A stretch of 64,000 nucleotides of DNA, taken from positions 2,400,001-2,464,000 of the forward strand of contig OY968769.1 in the NCBI GenBank assembly GCA_963695345.1. Direction: 5' to 3'. Below are positions 19,824-30,899 of the stretch, in pieces. Numbering within the stretch: the stretch's first letter is position 1; each line of letters begins with the position of its first letter. The position numbers were made by a program, and so were the translations under genes. The notes beneath the pieces are model-generated. The model was not told the DNA's origin. It searched no databases and worked only from the letters and a program-made list of their open reading frames with translations. Origin of the DNA: an uncultured Methanomassiliicoccales archaeon. Its GTDB lineage: Archaea; Thermoplasmatota; Thermoplasmata; Methanomassiliicoccales; UBA472.

Positions 19824-20824
19824 GCCTGGTCCAACATCGGCCAGCACCGCCGCGGTGAACTCCTCGGTGGTGGCCTTGCCGCCGGCATCGGGCGTCCGCA
19901 CCCCGCTCCTCAAGGCGGAGACGACCGCGGCATCGACGCGCATCGCCTCATGCCTCAGGCCCAGGTCCTTCAGCATCATGCTGGCGGATAGCATCGCGGC
20001 GGTGGGATTGGCGATGCCCTTTCCGGCGATGTCCGGGGCAGAGCCGTGGGTGGGCTCATAGATATCGAAGGCATCGCCGTGATTCACGGAAGGCGCGAAA
20101 CCCAGACCGCCGACGATGGCCGCCGCCTCATCCGAAAGGATGTCTCCATACAGGTTCAGCGTGACCAGGCAGCCGAACTGCTGAGGCCTGGTGATCAGGG
20201 CAGCCGCCGCCGCATCGACCAGCAGGTCGTTCGCCTGCAGGTCCGATCCCGCCACCTCCTCGTAGAAGATGCGCTTGAACATACCATCCGACATCCTCAG
20301 GACGTTGGACTTGTGTACGCAGGTGATCCTGCCAACGCCCTCCCGATGGCAGTAGTTCCACGGCATAGCGCACCAATCGGCGGCACACCTTCTCCGACAC
20401 CCTGCGTTCCAGCGTGACCACTCCGTCCTTCATGTGTTCGATGCCGGTGTACATGCCCTCGGTGTTCTCGCGCACGATGACCGCGTTCAGGTCACCGACG
20501 CCAAGTTCCGGGAGCAGCCTTGCCACCGGTCTCACGTTGGCGTAGAGGTCGAAGTGCTTTCGGAGCCAGAGGATCGGCGAGCTATAGTTCTTTACGCTAG
20601 CGTCAGGCGACGTGATCGCCCCGAAAAGGCAGGCGTCCGCACCGTCCAGCGCGTTAACCGTTTCGTCTGGCAGATAGGACCCGGTCCTTCTGATGGCATT
20701 CCAGGCCCATCTCCGCGAAGGACAGGTCCAGCGGCGCCTTGACCGCGCCTAGCACCTCGATCGCCGACGCGACGACCTCCGGACCTATGCCGTCCCCGCC
20801 GATGACCACGACGTTCCAGCTCAT
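19820..20824 (-). CDS. Isocitrate/isopropylmalate (beta-decarboxylating) dehydrogenase family; about 3 apparent frameshifts (~20700, ~20355, ~19840)
   Basis: MSWNVVVIGGDGIGPEV, DLYANVRP, IVRENTEG, VHKSNVL, NLYGDILSD, EPTHGSAPDIAGKGIANP spread over successive frames. Confidence 0.88.
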
Positions 20825-21753
20825 TTCATTCGCTCAACGATACTGGCGACGATCAACGGAAGGGCTATCGTGGCATCGCCTTCGACGGTGATCTGGGCTG
20901 CCCCTTCCTTTACCTTTCCCCAGGAGACCGCTTCCCTGACCTGGGCACCGCTCAGCGAACCATCATACTCAAGGGCCGTGGTCAGATAGACGGCGTAGTC
21001 CAGCCCGCCCTTGAACTGGTTCCACCAGATCACATGGTGCTTGGATATGCCGCCGCCGACGATCAAGGCCCCGGTGTCGTCCGCATGGAATATGATGTCG
21101 GAGAGCTCCTGCTCATCGGCGAAGAGGTCGATCTTGAAATCACGGTGGGTCTGCCAATACATCCAGGCCTGGGACCCGAAGGAACCATCGGTGATGCCGG
21201 GTACGAAGATCGGGATATTGTTCTTGTGCGCCCAATAGAGCAACGATTCCTCGTTGTCCATGCGCTTGCCGACCTCATCGATCAGTTCCCGGGTGGAAAT
21301 CGAGTCCCGCCCTTCTAGAATCTCCTCGAACATGGGAATCAGCCTCTCCTCGAGGACCAGTCCGTAGCTCTCGTCCGGAACGAGGACGTTTCCGAGACGG
21401 TTCATACCTTCCCGCCTGAGCTCTGCGTCGTCCATCAGGAAATCGCCCTTGTAGTAATGCTTCCAGCTACGGGCCAGGTCGTGGTCGAGCGTACCGCAGG
21501 TGGTGATGATGACATCGACCAGCTTCCTTTTTACCAGCTCCACCAGGACGCCCCGGGTCCCCGTGGCCATGATGCAAGCCGGGAACGACAGGAAAGTGAC
21601 GCATTTCTCGTCCCTTACCATCTTCTCGATGATATCCGTGGCGTCGGCGAGCTTACGTCCGGTGAAACCGCCGGATTCGCCCATCTGGCGCATCAATTCG
21701 TCGACGGTCATTGGGCCTTCGATCTTGATGTCCTTGACCTTGATCTCTTCCAT
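20821..21753 (-). CDS. dys: Deoxyhypusine synthase
   Basis: GGFTG, MATGTRG, NRLGNV, PGITDGSFG, GGGISKHH, YDGSLSGA...EAVSWGKV, GDATI. Confidence 0.96.
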   Translation of the reverse strand: MEEIKVKDIKIEGPMTVDELMRQMGESGGFTGRKLADATDIIEKMVRDEKCVTFLSFPACIMATGTRGVLVELVKRKLVDVIITTCGTLDHDLARSWKHYYKGDFLMDDAELRREGMNRLGNVLVPDESYGLVLEERLIPMFEEILEGRDSISTRELIDEVGKRMDNEESLLYWAHKNNIPIFVPGITDGSFGSQAWMYWQTHRDFKIDLFADEQELSDIIFHADDTGALIVGGGISKHHVIWWNQFKGGLDYAVYLTTALEYDGSLSGAQVREAVSWGKVKEGAAQITVEGDATIALPLIVASIVERMK

Positions 21754-21979
21754 TGTTCCACTACCAGGTCATCTGAAGGACTGCTCCTAGAAAAAAGTTC
21801 CTCACCCTCTTCGGGGAGATATCAATGGTCCGCCGATAACATCTCGCAACCGAAGCATCCGTGCCTAGGATCTGATGCCGACTCCGATGGATACAAATCA
21901 TGAATGACCACAGCGACATCAATGTGCAGTAAACGGACGGTCGGGGCATAACCCTATAAGCCAGTATCAAATTGGCCTA

Positions 21980-22912
21980 GTGTTGACAAACAGAAAGGTC
22001 CGCGTGGCGAGATATTCCATCTACAGCAATTCAGGCTTGGTCGGGCTGAAGCTGCTCACCGGGGTGTCGATCGGTTCGATCTCGGTCATCTCCGAAGGGA
22101 TACACTCGATGATCGACCTGGTGGCGGCGGTCATCGCCAACTACTCGGTCAAGAAATCCGGTCAACCAGCGGACAAGGAACATCCCTACGGCCATGGCAA
22201 GTATGAGAACTATGCCGGGGTCATCGAGGCCATCCTGATACTGTTCGCCGCCGGCATAATCGTATACGAGGCGATGGGGAAACTGTTCGACCACACCGCC
22301 CCCGAGTTCTTGCTTGCCGGTATCGTGATAATGGGCATATCCGTGGTCGTCAACATGTATGTCTCCCACATGCTGCTGAAGGTCGGCCGGGAAGAGGATT
22401 CCATGGCGTTGGTCGCCGACGGGCTCCACCTAAGGACCGACGTCCTTACCTCCCTCGGTGTGTTCGTCGGACTGATCCTGATCCAGATCACCCAGATAGC
22501 CATATTGGACCCCATCGTCGCAATTCTGGTGGCATGCCTCATCGTCAAGGCCGCCTGGGACCTGACGAAGGAAGCGAGCAAGGGCCTTGTCGACCAGCAA
22601 TTGCCGCCCGAGGAGGAGGCGGTCATAAAGACGATAATGGCCAAACACTGCAGGATGTTCGTAGGATATCACGCGCTTCGGACCCGAAAGGCCGGGTCGG
22701 AGAGGTTCATAGACATGCACCTGGTGGTGAAGAAGGATATCAGTGTCCAGGAGGCGCATGCGGTCTGTGACACCCTGGAGAAGGAGATCGAGGCACGTTT
22801 GAGGAACACGAACGTTTTGATCCATATCGAACCGTGCGAATCGGAGGCATGCCCTCTCCTGCATGAGGAGCACTTCGTCGAGATCCAGATCCCGCCGGAC
22901 AAACGGTGCTAG
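21980..22912 (+). CDS. Cation diffusion facilitator (FieF-like) transporter
   Basis: HSMID, PADKEHPYGHGKYE, HLRTD, C-terminal dimerisation domain with IHIEP. Confidence 0.94.
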   Translation: MLTNRKVRVARYSIYSNSGLVGLKLLTGVSIGSISVISEGIHSMIDLVAAVIANYSVKKSGQPADKEHPYGHGKYENYAGVIEAILILFAAGIIVYEAMGKLFDHTAPEFLLAGIVIMGISVVVNMYVSHMLLKVGREEDSMALVADGLHLRTDVLTSLGVFVGLILIQITQIAILDPIVAILVACLIVKAAWDLTKEASKGLVDQQLPPEEEAVIKTIMAKHCRMFVGYHALRTRKAGSERFIDMHLVVKKDISVQEAHAVCDTLEKEIEARLRNTNVLIHIEPCESEACPLLHEEHFVEIQIPPDKRC

Positions 22913-22914
22913 GA

Positions 22915-23520
22915 TCAATCAGGACCAAACTTCCGGTCCCAATCCTCCAGTATCTGAAGGAGCGATTCTTTGCCCTTCTCCATCGGGACGGAATTGTCGA
23001 TGACCTTCCAATCCCCCGTCGCCAATGACCGCAATTTTTCCCTGGCCTTCTTCAGATTGGCCGGGTCCTCGAACATCTCCTTCTTCTCGGCGCGCTTGGA
23101 GATCCTTTCATTGGCGATCGCCGGATCGATATCGATGAGCACCAGCCTCTCCGGCAGGGGAAGCAGTTTGGCGATGAACTCATAACCTATTGGGGCCAGC
23201 CGGTCTGGTAGATAAGCCGTCGCCAAAATATAGCGGACGAAGACGGCGGTGTCGTACCGGGTCATTTCTTTTTTCATCGCGCTCAGGGACATGAGCACGT
23301 CGCCGATGAAGAAAAACGTGGCCAGAGCGTGCATCGCCTTCCCGCTCGACTCCAATGCCCGGCGGGATATCCGGCCGAGCCGGCCCGATGAGGGATGGAC
23401 GTGGACGATGACCTTCTCCCCGCGCTCCCGATAGTGATCCGCGATGAGGCCCGCGTATGTCGATTTGCCTGACCCATCAATGCCCTCGACGATTATCCAT
23501 CTCAATTCAGACACCCGCAA
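22915..23520 (-). CDS. tmk: Thymidylate kinase family protein
   Basis: IVEGIDGSGKST P-loop; VRYILATAYL; EMFE lid. Confidence 0.82.
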   Translation of the reverse strand: MRVSELRWIIVEGIDGSGKSTYAGLIADHYRERGEKVIVHVHPSSGRLGRISRRALESSGKAMHALATFFFIGDVLMSLSAMKKEMTRYDTAVFVRYILATAYLPDRLAPIGYEFIAKLLPLPERLVLIDIDPAIANERISKRAEKKEMFEDPANLKKAREKLRSLATGDWKVIDNSVPMEKGKESLLQILEDWDRKFGPD

Positions 23521-24226
23521 GCAATAGTATGGCTCCCACCGACAGTGGGATTATCAGGTTATCGAATTCACCGGGTGTAATCAATTCGACGATGGACACA
23601 TATCCTCCTATCAGCAGAGCGATCAGCAACGCCGTGGCCAGTGAGATTTCATGCACCGGGAACCATCCCAGGATGGAGATCGAGCCATAGAAAGCTATCA
23701 CCCCGAGTATGGCCACGGCGGTGAAAACGAAGACCGCTGACGATCCCTCGAGCGTTTTTTTCCCCAGAAGCTTCCTCTTCCCGTATCTCCTGCCGATGAG
23801 TCCCCCCATTCCATCCCCATAGGCCATGGCCACTATCGCGATGGAGGCGATCAGGCGATGATCGAACAATAGGAACGCGAGCATGGTCCATGAGATAGCA
23901 TAGTATACAAGCCCGAAGCGATGACCGTTCAAGGACGCTTCGGCCAGGGCGGAACGGATGGATCGTTTCCCGTTCATCCCCTCTTTGCGGCAGTCCCTCA
24001 GCGATGAGTACATCAGGATCGGTATGAAGGGAGCGGCCGCCAGGAAGGCCATCACGAACGGATCGTTGAAGATCCACCATATCAGCACGATATTGCCGAT
24101 CATGATGTGTATGAACTTCCGGTTCCAACCCCTATCGTTGAGGAATCTGGACCGGATGGCTATCGTGACGACTGTCCCTATGTACAGATAAACCAACAGT
24201 AGTCCAACTAGGTCCGACTGGTCCAA
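23507..24226 (-). CDS. Polyprenol/dolichol kinase (SEC59/phytol kinase) family membrane protein
   Basis: RKFIHI, GLVYYA, YGDGMGGLIG, KTLEGS, DNLIIP. Confidence 0.88.
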   Translation of the reverse strand: MDQSDLVGLLLVYLYIGTVVTIAIRSRFLNDRGWNRKFIHIMIGNIVLIWWIFNDPFVMAFLAAAPFIPILMYSSLRDCRKEGMNGKRSIRSALAEASLNGHRFGLVYYAISWTMLAFLLFDHRLIASIAIVAMAYGDGMGGLIGRRYGKRKLLGKKTLEGSSAVFVFTAVAILGVIAFYGSISILGWFPVHEISLATALLIALLIGGYVSIVELITPGEFDNLIIPLSVGAILLLAGV

Positions 24227-24356
24227 ATTAACACTCCGCGCATAATGTCAGTAATAGTAGAATAGTATATTGGAAGACGATATATCGATAGCTCGCCATC
24301 CATGGCAGAACGGCCCATGACAAGGTGTGAGCTGGGAATCTTTCTAGATAAGCACC

Positions 24357-24374
24357 AAAAAGGGTTTAAATATA
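24357..24374 (+). promoter_or_regulatory. BRE-TATA promoter of the RecA-like/KaiC pair
   Basis: AAAAAGGG-TTTAAATA about 30 nt before ATG 24403. Confidence 0.65.
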
Positions 24375-24402
24375 ACATTTTACGATTTATCGAAAGACTG
24401 GC

Positions 24403-25083
24403 ATGAACGAGAAGGATATCAAACTGACAGCGCGTCTTAAGGAAAGCGTAGGGGATCCTTCGTTTACTGGCCCCATCCTTCTTGACGTCAAATCGACCCA
24501 GTTCGTCAGGGTCAACATGCTTCTCCTCAAAGCGCTTTCAAATGAGAACGGCAGATCCGGCATGTTCATTTCCGTAGACCGCCCGCACCAATACATGGTG
24601 CACCTGCTGACCATGCACCAGATCAATGTCCAGGGCCTAATATTCGTCGACGCCATCAGCCAGTTTTCCGCGGACTGCAAGGTCGCCCAGGCAAATGTAA
24701 GCTTCGTAGATGGACCATTCCATATCGACGACCTGCCCGGGGCGATAAAGGAGTGGACATTGCGGAGCAATGGCAATTCGATCGATCTCAAGGGATGCGC
24801 GTTCGCCATGATAGACAATCTGGCCGCGCTGCTCACCTACAATAGTTTCTCAGCTGTGGAATCGTTCCTTCACGATTTCGTGAACGTCCTCAGCATGAAT
24901 GGGAGGATCGCCATCCCCCTGGTAGTGGACAAAGAGAGGAACCAAGCCCTCTATGAAATGGCCAGATCCCTCTGCAAGAAAGAGGTAAACATCAACGAGA
25001 CGTCCACCGGGCTACCGGATGCCGAAATGGAGAGGCGCTCCAGGCGTATCAGCGACGTGAGTTTCACCGGGGTGAGCCAATAA
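24403..25083 (+). CDS. Inactive RecA/KaiC-like domain protein (DUF835/DUF7504-like)
   Basis: GMFISVDRP, LIFVDAIS, MIDNLAALLTYN pattern with no Walker A; stop overlaps the start of the KaiC gene. Confidence 0.7.
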   Translation: MNEKDIKLTARLKESVGDPSFTGPILLDVKSTQFVRVNMLLLKALSNENGRSGMFISVDRPHQYMVHLLTMHQINVQGLIFVDAISQFSADCKVAQANVSFVDGPFHIDDLPGAIKEWTLRSNGNSIDLKGCAFAMIDNLAALLTYNSFSAVESFLHDFVNVLSMNGRIAIPLVVDKERNQALYEMARSLCKKEVNINETSTGLPDAEMERRSRRISDVSFTGVSQ

Positions 25084-25787
25084 TGGAAAAGGAATCAACT
25101 AAGAAGCGGCCTGACTTGATCCGGTTGACCAGCGGCATACCTGGTCTCGATGATATGATCGAGGGAGGATTTCCGTTCCCTTCAGTCATCCTTGTCGCCG
25201 GTCCAGCGGGGACTGGTAAGACCACATTCGCCCTGAAGTACCTGTGCGAGGGGGCCAAGAAAGGAGAGCAGGGTCTCTATTTCACCACCCTCAGCGAACC
25301 GACCCAATGGATGCTGCGTTATGCGTCCCAGTTCGATTTCATGGACCAGGGCTATTTCAACGATGAGATAGTCTACATGGACCTGGGAGCGATGATCAGG
25401 GACACGAAGCCGAGCGAGCTCATGTCGATCATCGAAGAGAAGATCGCCGAGGTCGTGCCCCAGCGTATCGTGATCGACCCGATCACCGTGATCGGCGGCA
25501 TGATGAAGGGAGACTACCGCCAGTTCCTTTTCGATCTGTCCAACCGCCTGAAGAACTGGAACGCCACCACCTTGGTCACCGGCGAGGTCAACCCGGGAGA
25601 GCTCTACCCGACCGAGATATCCTATGCAGTGGACGGGATCATCCTGCTTATGCTCTCGGAGGAGATGGGCGCCCGCCGCAAGTACCTTGAGGTCCTGAAG
25701 ATGAGGGGTACCAACCATCAGACCGGCAAGCAGTCGATCGACATCTCCCGCAGGGAAGGGATGGTCGTCCTCAAGGCAAGGTTCTGA
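25083..25787 (+). CDS. Single-domain KaiC/RAD55 family ATPase
   Basis: SGIPGLDDMIEGG, GPAGTGKT, RIVIDP, VDGII, LEVLKMRGT. Confidence 0.93.
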   Translation: MEKESTKKRPDLIRLTSGIPGLDDMIEGGFPFPSVILVAGPAGTGKTTFALKYLCEGAKKGEQGLYFTTLSEPTQWMLRYASQFDFMDQGYFNDEIVYMDLGAMIRDTKPSELMSIIEEKIAEVVPQRIVIDPITVIGGMMKGDYRQFLFDLSNRLKNWNATTLVTGEVNPGELYPTEISYAVDGIILLMLSEEMGARRKYLEVLKMRGTNHQTGKQSIDISRREGMVVLKARF

Positions 25788-26088
25788 ACCGTTCGGCACC
25801 TAAAAACCATTTTTTCACATTTGCAGGGCCTTTGTCCTGCTTACGATTTCTCTTAAGAATCAGCTTTTTCGCACCACATTTTCGTTTTGAGTATTTTATG
25901 AATCAGAAAATGTCTCCATCGCATGCCATATCGGAAAAGTTGCTATTCTGATAGTAATATAGGACAGCCTAACAACGCACATTGCTTGGCACGTCATCCA
26001 GATTAAGCTTTTCGACCCTGATATCAGGATAAGCGATTTATATGCGAACCTTTATTATGCCGTAAACTCGCAAACGGGGGTTTAAACT

Positions 26089-28258
26089 ATGGATATGAAT
26101 TCATTGGTTTACGTTATACCAATTGCGGGCTTGGTTGGTCTGCTTACCGCGGGCATCCTATCTTGGCAGATATTCAAGAAGGACACCGGAACGCCTGAGA
26201 TGAAGGCGATCGGTGACGCTATACGCGAAGGAGCCATGGCTTATCTTGCTCGTCAATACAAGACGATAGCTATAATCAGCGTCATTCTTGGTGTCATCAT
26301 TGTCTTTGGCATCAACTGGCAGACTGGCATAGCTTTCCTGATGGGTGCCTTTTTCTCAGCCCTTTCGGGATACATCGGAATGTATGTGTCTGTGAACTCG
26401 AACATCAGGACCGCGAGCGCCGCGAGAAGGACGCTCGGAGAGGCCCTGCAAGTCTCCTTCCGTGGAGGAGCAGTCTCTGGATTGGCTGTCGTCTCGCTAT
26501 CCCTATTGGGTGTGGCCGGCATGTTCTTCCTGTTCCAGGGATACCTCGTGCCCGGTGACATTGTCACCGTCAACGGCATCACCTATGACAGGGGTATCGG
26601 AACTGCGCTCTTCATGGTCGTCGGATACGCGTTCGGTGCGTCCTTCGCCGCTCTCTTCGCCCAGCTGGGTGGAGGAATCTACACGAAGGCCGCCGATGTC
26701 GGTGCTGACCTGGTAGGAAAGGTCGAGGCCGGTATCCCGGAAGACTCGCCAAAGAACCCAGCCGTCATCGCTGACCTCGTCGGTGACAACGTCGGCGACT
26801 GCGCTGGTCGTGGCGCTGACCTGTTCGAATCGACCGCCGCCGAGAACATCGGTGCAATGATCCTCGGATTCTCAATATACGCTCTCACTGGCGACACTGG
26901 CTGGATACTGTTCCCGCTTATCGTCCGTGCGTTCGGTGTGTTCGCCGGTATTGTCGGTATCTTCACCGTCAAGTTGAGGAACGAGAACGAGGAGCCGATG
27001 AAGGCCCTCAACCGCGGATACTATATCGCATGCGTCATCGCAGCGGCATTGTTCGGGTACACGACATACGCCCTCTTGGGAACTGGATGGGGATACTTCT
27101 TCGCTTGCGGAGTCGTCGGTATCGTCCTGAGCATAGCCATCGTCTACATCACCCAGTACTACACTGCTGGTGAGTACCGCCCGGTCAGGGAGATCGCCAA
27201 GGCCTCCGAGACCGGCCCGGCAACGAACATCATCACCGGTATCTCGGTCGGTCTGGAGACCACCGCTGCGCCGGTCATCGCCATCGCAGTGTCATTGCTG
27301 ACCTCGTTCTACCTGGGCGGATTGGCCTGCACCCACTGCGGCAGAGACGTTCATCTACGGACTGTACGGAACGGCAGTGGCCACCATGGGTATGCTGGCA
27401 ACCTGCGCCTTCGTCCTGGCCGAGGACACGTTCGGCCCGATCACCGACAACGCCGGCGGCATCGTCGAGATGTCCGACCAGCCGAAGGAGATCAGGGACA
27501 GGACCGACAAGCTGGACGCTGTCGGCAACACCACCAAGGCCCTCACCAAGGGATACGCCATGGGATCCGCGGCACTGGCCGCCTATCTGCTGTTCGGCGC
27601 GTTCTTCGACAGGGTCCTGGAGATCCTGAACGCGAGCGGCAAATACGGTGTCCTGACCATCCAAGAAGTGTTCGTGGTCGACATCGCCAAACCACCAGTG
27701 TTCGTCGGTGCGCTCATCGGCGGCATGATGGTCTTCCTGTTCGCCTCGTTGGCCATCCGTGCGGTCGGTAAGGCCGCCGGTAACATGATCGACGAGGTCA
27801 GGAGGCAGTTCAAGGAGAACCCCAACATCCTGCTCGGCGACGACAAGCCAGACTACGCACGGTGCGTCGATATCTCGACCAAGGGCGCTTTGAAGGCCAT
27901 GATCCTTCCGAGTCTCCTGCCGGTCGTGGTCCCGGTCGCCTTCGGTCTGCTGATGCGGTTCGCCTACACTGGCGACTACACCATTCCGTACCAGGCGGTC
28001 GGCGCCATGCTGATGGTCGGTACCATCGTCGGTGTGCTGATGGCCCTCTTCCTGAACAACGGTGGAGGAGCTTGGGACAACGCCAAGAAATACGTCGAGT
28101 CGAAGGGTCTGAAGAAGACCCCGCAGCACGCTGCCGCCGTCGTCGGTGACACCGTCGGTGACCCGTTCAAGGACACCGCTGGACCGTCCCTGCACGTGCT
28201 GGTCAAGCTGCTCTCGACCATCACCTTGGTGTTCGCCTCGGTCATCGTCGTGGCGTAA
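26089..28258 (+). CDS. hppA: Membrane pyrophosphatase, predicted K+-independent H+-PPase; apparent frameshift near 27330
   Basis: GGGIYTKAADVGADLVGKVE, DNVGDCAG, FGPITDNAGG, DAVGNTTKA (Lys at this position marks the K+-independent type), GDTVGDPFKD. Confidence 0.93.
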
Positions 28259-28385
28259 AAACCAGGAAAAACCCTTTTCCAATTCCTTTCCCTTTCTTTT
28301 TATCCAGCTTAGCCAAGTTCGACCTTCCAGGTTATCAATATTTATATAAGAGATACCTCATGCCTTGCTAGTTAAGGGTATACCA

Positions 28386-28952
28386 ATGTACATGTTGACG
28401 CAGAGAGAAAAGGTCGTTCGGATCCCTCCAGACAAGTTGGGCGACGATCTGAACAGTGTCGTCAATTCACTCGCGAGGGAGGCGTACGAAGGTCAGATAG
28501 AGGGTAATGACTCTCTCACCGTGCTCGTGAAGAACATCGAGCCGATAGGCCAAGGCCGTATCGTCCACGGTGACGGGGCTGTTTACCAGACCGTAAAGTA
28601 CGAGGCGATCATCTTCCGCCCCCAGCTCCAAGAGGTCATCGAAGGGACCGTGGTAGAGGTTCTGAAGTTCGGTGCCTTCGTGCGATTCGGACCTCTGGAC
28701 GGACTCCTGCACATCAGCCAGATCATGGACGACAGGATCGATGTGGATGACTCCGGTCAGAGACTGCTAGGCAAGGACACCAAGCGGGACCTGAAGGTCG
28801 GGGACATCGTCCGCGCCAGGATTGTCGCGCTATCGTTGAACGAGCGCAACCCGCGCGAGAGCAAGATCGGCCTCACCATGAGGCAGCCAGGACTGGGCAA
28901 GATCGAATGGATCGCCGAGGACCGGGCCAAGAAGGGAGGCGCCGCCCAATGA
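28386..28952 (+). CDS. rpoE1: DNA-directed RNA polymerase subunit E' (Rpo7)
   Basis: VRIPP, GDGAVY, FGAFVRFGPLDGLLHISQ, KIGLTMRQPGLGK. Confidence 0.96.
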   Translation: MYMLTQREKVVRIPPDKLGDDLNSVVNSLAREAYEGQIEGNDSLTVLVKNIEPIGQGRIVHGDGAVYQTVKYEAIIFRPQLQEVIEGTVVEVLKFGAFVRFGPLDGLLHISQIMDDRIDVDDSGQRLLGKDTKRDLKVGDIVRARIVALSLNERNPRESKIGLTMRQPGLGKIEWIAEDRAKKGGAAQ

Positions 28953-29134
28953 AGATCCAGAAGGCGTGTAAACATTGCAGCTTCATAACTGAGGAGGACG
29001 TGTGCCCCCTCTGCGGAAACCCTACATCAAAGGACTGGCAGGGATATGTCATCATCATTGACCACAGCAAGTCCGAGATCGCAAAAAGGATGGGCATAAA
29101 TGTCAATGGTAAATTCGCCCTCAAGGTGCGATAA
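28949..29134 (+). CDS. spt4: Transcription elongation factor Spt4 (RpoE'')
   Basis: ACKHC..CPLCG...WQGYVIIID..SEIAK...GKFALKVR; ATGA overlap with rpoE'. Confidence 0.95.
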   Translation: MKIQKACKHCSFITEEDVCPLCGNPTSKDWQGYVIIIDHSKSEIAKRMGINVNGKFALKVR

Positions 29135-29657
29135 ACTCAAGGTCCCCAGTAAAGGCTGGAAACTACCAGACAAGATGAGAAAGGACCTAGGAATGCCGCT
29201 CGGGGAGATGCTGTCGGAAAGCTCAGTCATAACGCAACTGCGCAATTGCGACAATGTCATATCCGTCGGCGATGTGGTTTCCCTTTCCTTGATCCAGAAT
29301 GGTTTGGTCCCTCACGTGACCATCTACGATTGCCAGACCGAGAGGTCGATGATGACGACCCTTGAAACAAAGATCGAAGATATCGCCGGGATCAAGGTGA
29401 CCGTGAGCAACCCTGCGGGAATGATCACCCTGCAGATGGTAAGGGAGATAGAAAAGGCCGTGAGCAACCCCTCACCCACCAAGATAAGGGTCGAGGGCGA
29501 GGAGGACCTTGCCGCACTGGTATGTGCTGCAGTGGCCCCATCCGGCTCCTGCCTGGTCTATGGCGTCCCAAAGAAGGGAATGGCGTTGGTGAGGATCACG
29601 CCAGAGATCAACAGCAAGGCTAAGGAAATCATCTACCAGATGGAGGAATCAATATGA
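29100..29657 (+). CDS. GTP-dependent dephospho-CoA kinase (DUF359); start uncertain
   Basis: ISVGDVVS, VSNPAGMIT, VEGEEDL, VYGVP; conserved position after spt4. Confidence 0.88.
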   Translation: MSMVNSPSRCDKLKVPSKGWKLPDKMRKDLGMPLGEMLSESSVITQLRNCDNVISVGDVVSLSLIQNGLVPHVTIYDCQTERSMMTTLETKIEDIAGIKVTVSNPAGMITLQMVREIEKAVSNPSPTKIRVEGEEDLAALVCAAVAPSGSCLVYGVPKKGMALVRITPEINSKAKEIIYQMEESI

Positions 29658-29992
29658 AGGTCGAGATTGACAGCAAGAAAGAGAACGTTCTCCACAAGAG
29701 GACAGAAGTAATATTCACCGCCGAGCATGGCGGCGAACCGACACCGAAGAGAAGCGACCTACGGGCCGGCATCGCCGACAAGTTGGGCGTAAACAAGGAC
29801 CGCGTCGTCATTGACCACACGAACAGCGAGTTCGGGATTGGCAGGTCGCACGGATACGCCAAGGTCTACGAGACCGGGGAACTGGCCAAGTCAAGCGAGA
29901 AGAACCACATCTTGGCGCGCCAGGGATTGGCCGAGAAGAAGCCGAAGAAAGTCAAGATGGTAAAGGCCAAGGCAGCGCCGAAGATCAAGTAA
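29654..29992 (+). CDS. rps24e: 30S ribosomal protein S24e
   Basis: ENVLHKRTEV, TPKR, EFG..GYAKVY. Confidence 0.95.
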   Translation: MKVEIDSKKENVLHKRTEVIFTAEHGGEPTPKRSDLRAGIADKLGVNKDRVVIDHTNSEFGIGRSHGYAKVYETGELAKSSEKNHILARQGLAEKKPKKVKMVKAKAAPKIK

Positions 29993-30004
29993 GGAGGTCA
30001 TGAC

Positions 30005-30214
30005 ATGGCAGAGAAAGCAGCTGGAAAGGCACCAAAGGCCAAGCCCAAGGAAAAGAACAAGAAGGACCTCTACTCGGTCTCCAAGGACGGAAAGATCGAG
30101 CGCAAGAGGAAACACTGCCCGAAGTGCGGCCCAGGCGTGTTCCTCGGCGAGCACAAGGACCGTGTATCCTGCGGAAAATGCGGATACACCGAGTTCGCCA
30201 AGAAGTCTAAGTAA
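30005..30214 (+). CDS. rps27ae: 30S ribosomal protein S27ae
   Basis: [26 protein letters not shown]. Confidence 0.97.
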   Translation: MAEKAAGKAPKAKPKEKNKKDLYSVSKDGKIERKRKHCPKCGPGVFLGEHKDRVSCGKCGYTEFAKKSK

Positions 30215-30217
30215 ACC

Positions 30218-30658
30218 TCAATCAACCTTTTCCGACCGCGCCTTAAGGGCGCGGTCCATCTCTTCATATCCTTTTTTCGTCTTTCTGTCGAGCGTTCTCC
30301 TCAAGAACGGCACCAGGATCCCGCTGAATTCTTCCCGTTGGATAAAAGTCACTCCGGTGGACGTTGGAATTATTTCAAACGAATGGTCACCGGCGAACAT
30401 GTGCGGGATCGCAGCCCGTCCGAACCATCTTATCCCCTTCTCCTTTGAATATTCCAGGAGCCTGGCCTTGAATCTCTTGCTTATGAAGTAGTCAGGATTA
30501 ATGGAAACGGTGAGCCTAGAGCCTGTAGATATCCCTCCAGTAACTGATATGAGACAAGGATTCCAATCCGGATAACGATCGAAATCCTTCAGGATATCCC
30601 ATACTATCTGTTGATCGGCGGATATATCGATCGATGTACGAAGGACATGGGTTGGCAT
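30218..30658 (-). CDS. SRPBCC (polyketide cyclase-like) domain protein
   Basis: VWDILKDFDRYPDWNP, F.G.HSF, FIQREEFSGILVP. Confidence 0.88.
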   Translation of the reverse strand: MPTHVLRTSIDISADQQIVWDILKDFDRYPDWNPCLISVTGGISTGSRLTVSINPDYFISKRFKARLLEYSKEKGIRWFGRAAIPHMFAGDHSFEIIPTSTGVTFIQREEFSGILVPFLRRTLDRKTKKGYEEMDRALKARSEKVD

Positions 30659-30786
30659 GATATCTCACGAATAGACTCACATCATCTTTTCTCTGATATT
30701 TACGTCCACTATACCACGAGGTTCGTGACATGTCTGTTACCAGTGGAGTAAACTATATTGACCCCATCTGCCATCGGTCGCCTAAC

Positions 30787-30883
30787 GGGCTCGTAGTGTA
30801 GCTTGGATATCACTGAGGCCTCCGACGTCCTTTCCAAAGGACAGGGAAAGCCTCGAACTCGGGTTCGAATCCCGACGGGCCCG
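30787..30883 (+). tRNA. tRNA-Arg(CCG) with canonical 37/38 intron (~30826-30848)
   Basis: Acceptor GGGCTCG/CGGGCCC+G, D-loop GGATA (A20 Arg identity), anticodon stem GAGGC/GCCTC, loop CT-CCG-A interrupted by a hairpin intron GTCCTTT..AAAGGAC, T-loop GTTCGAATC. Confidence 0.92.
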
Positions 30884-30899
30884 CTTCAATTATAGCCAG

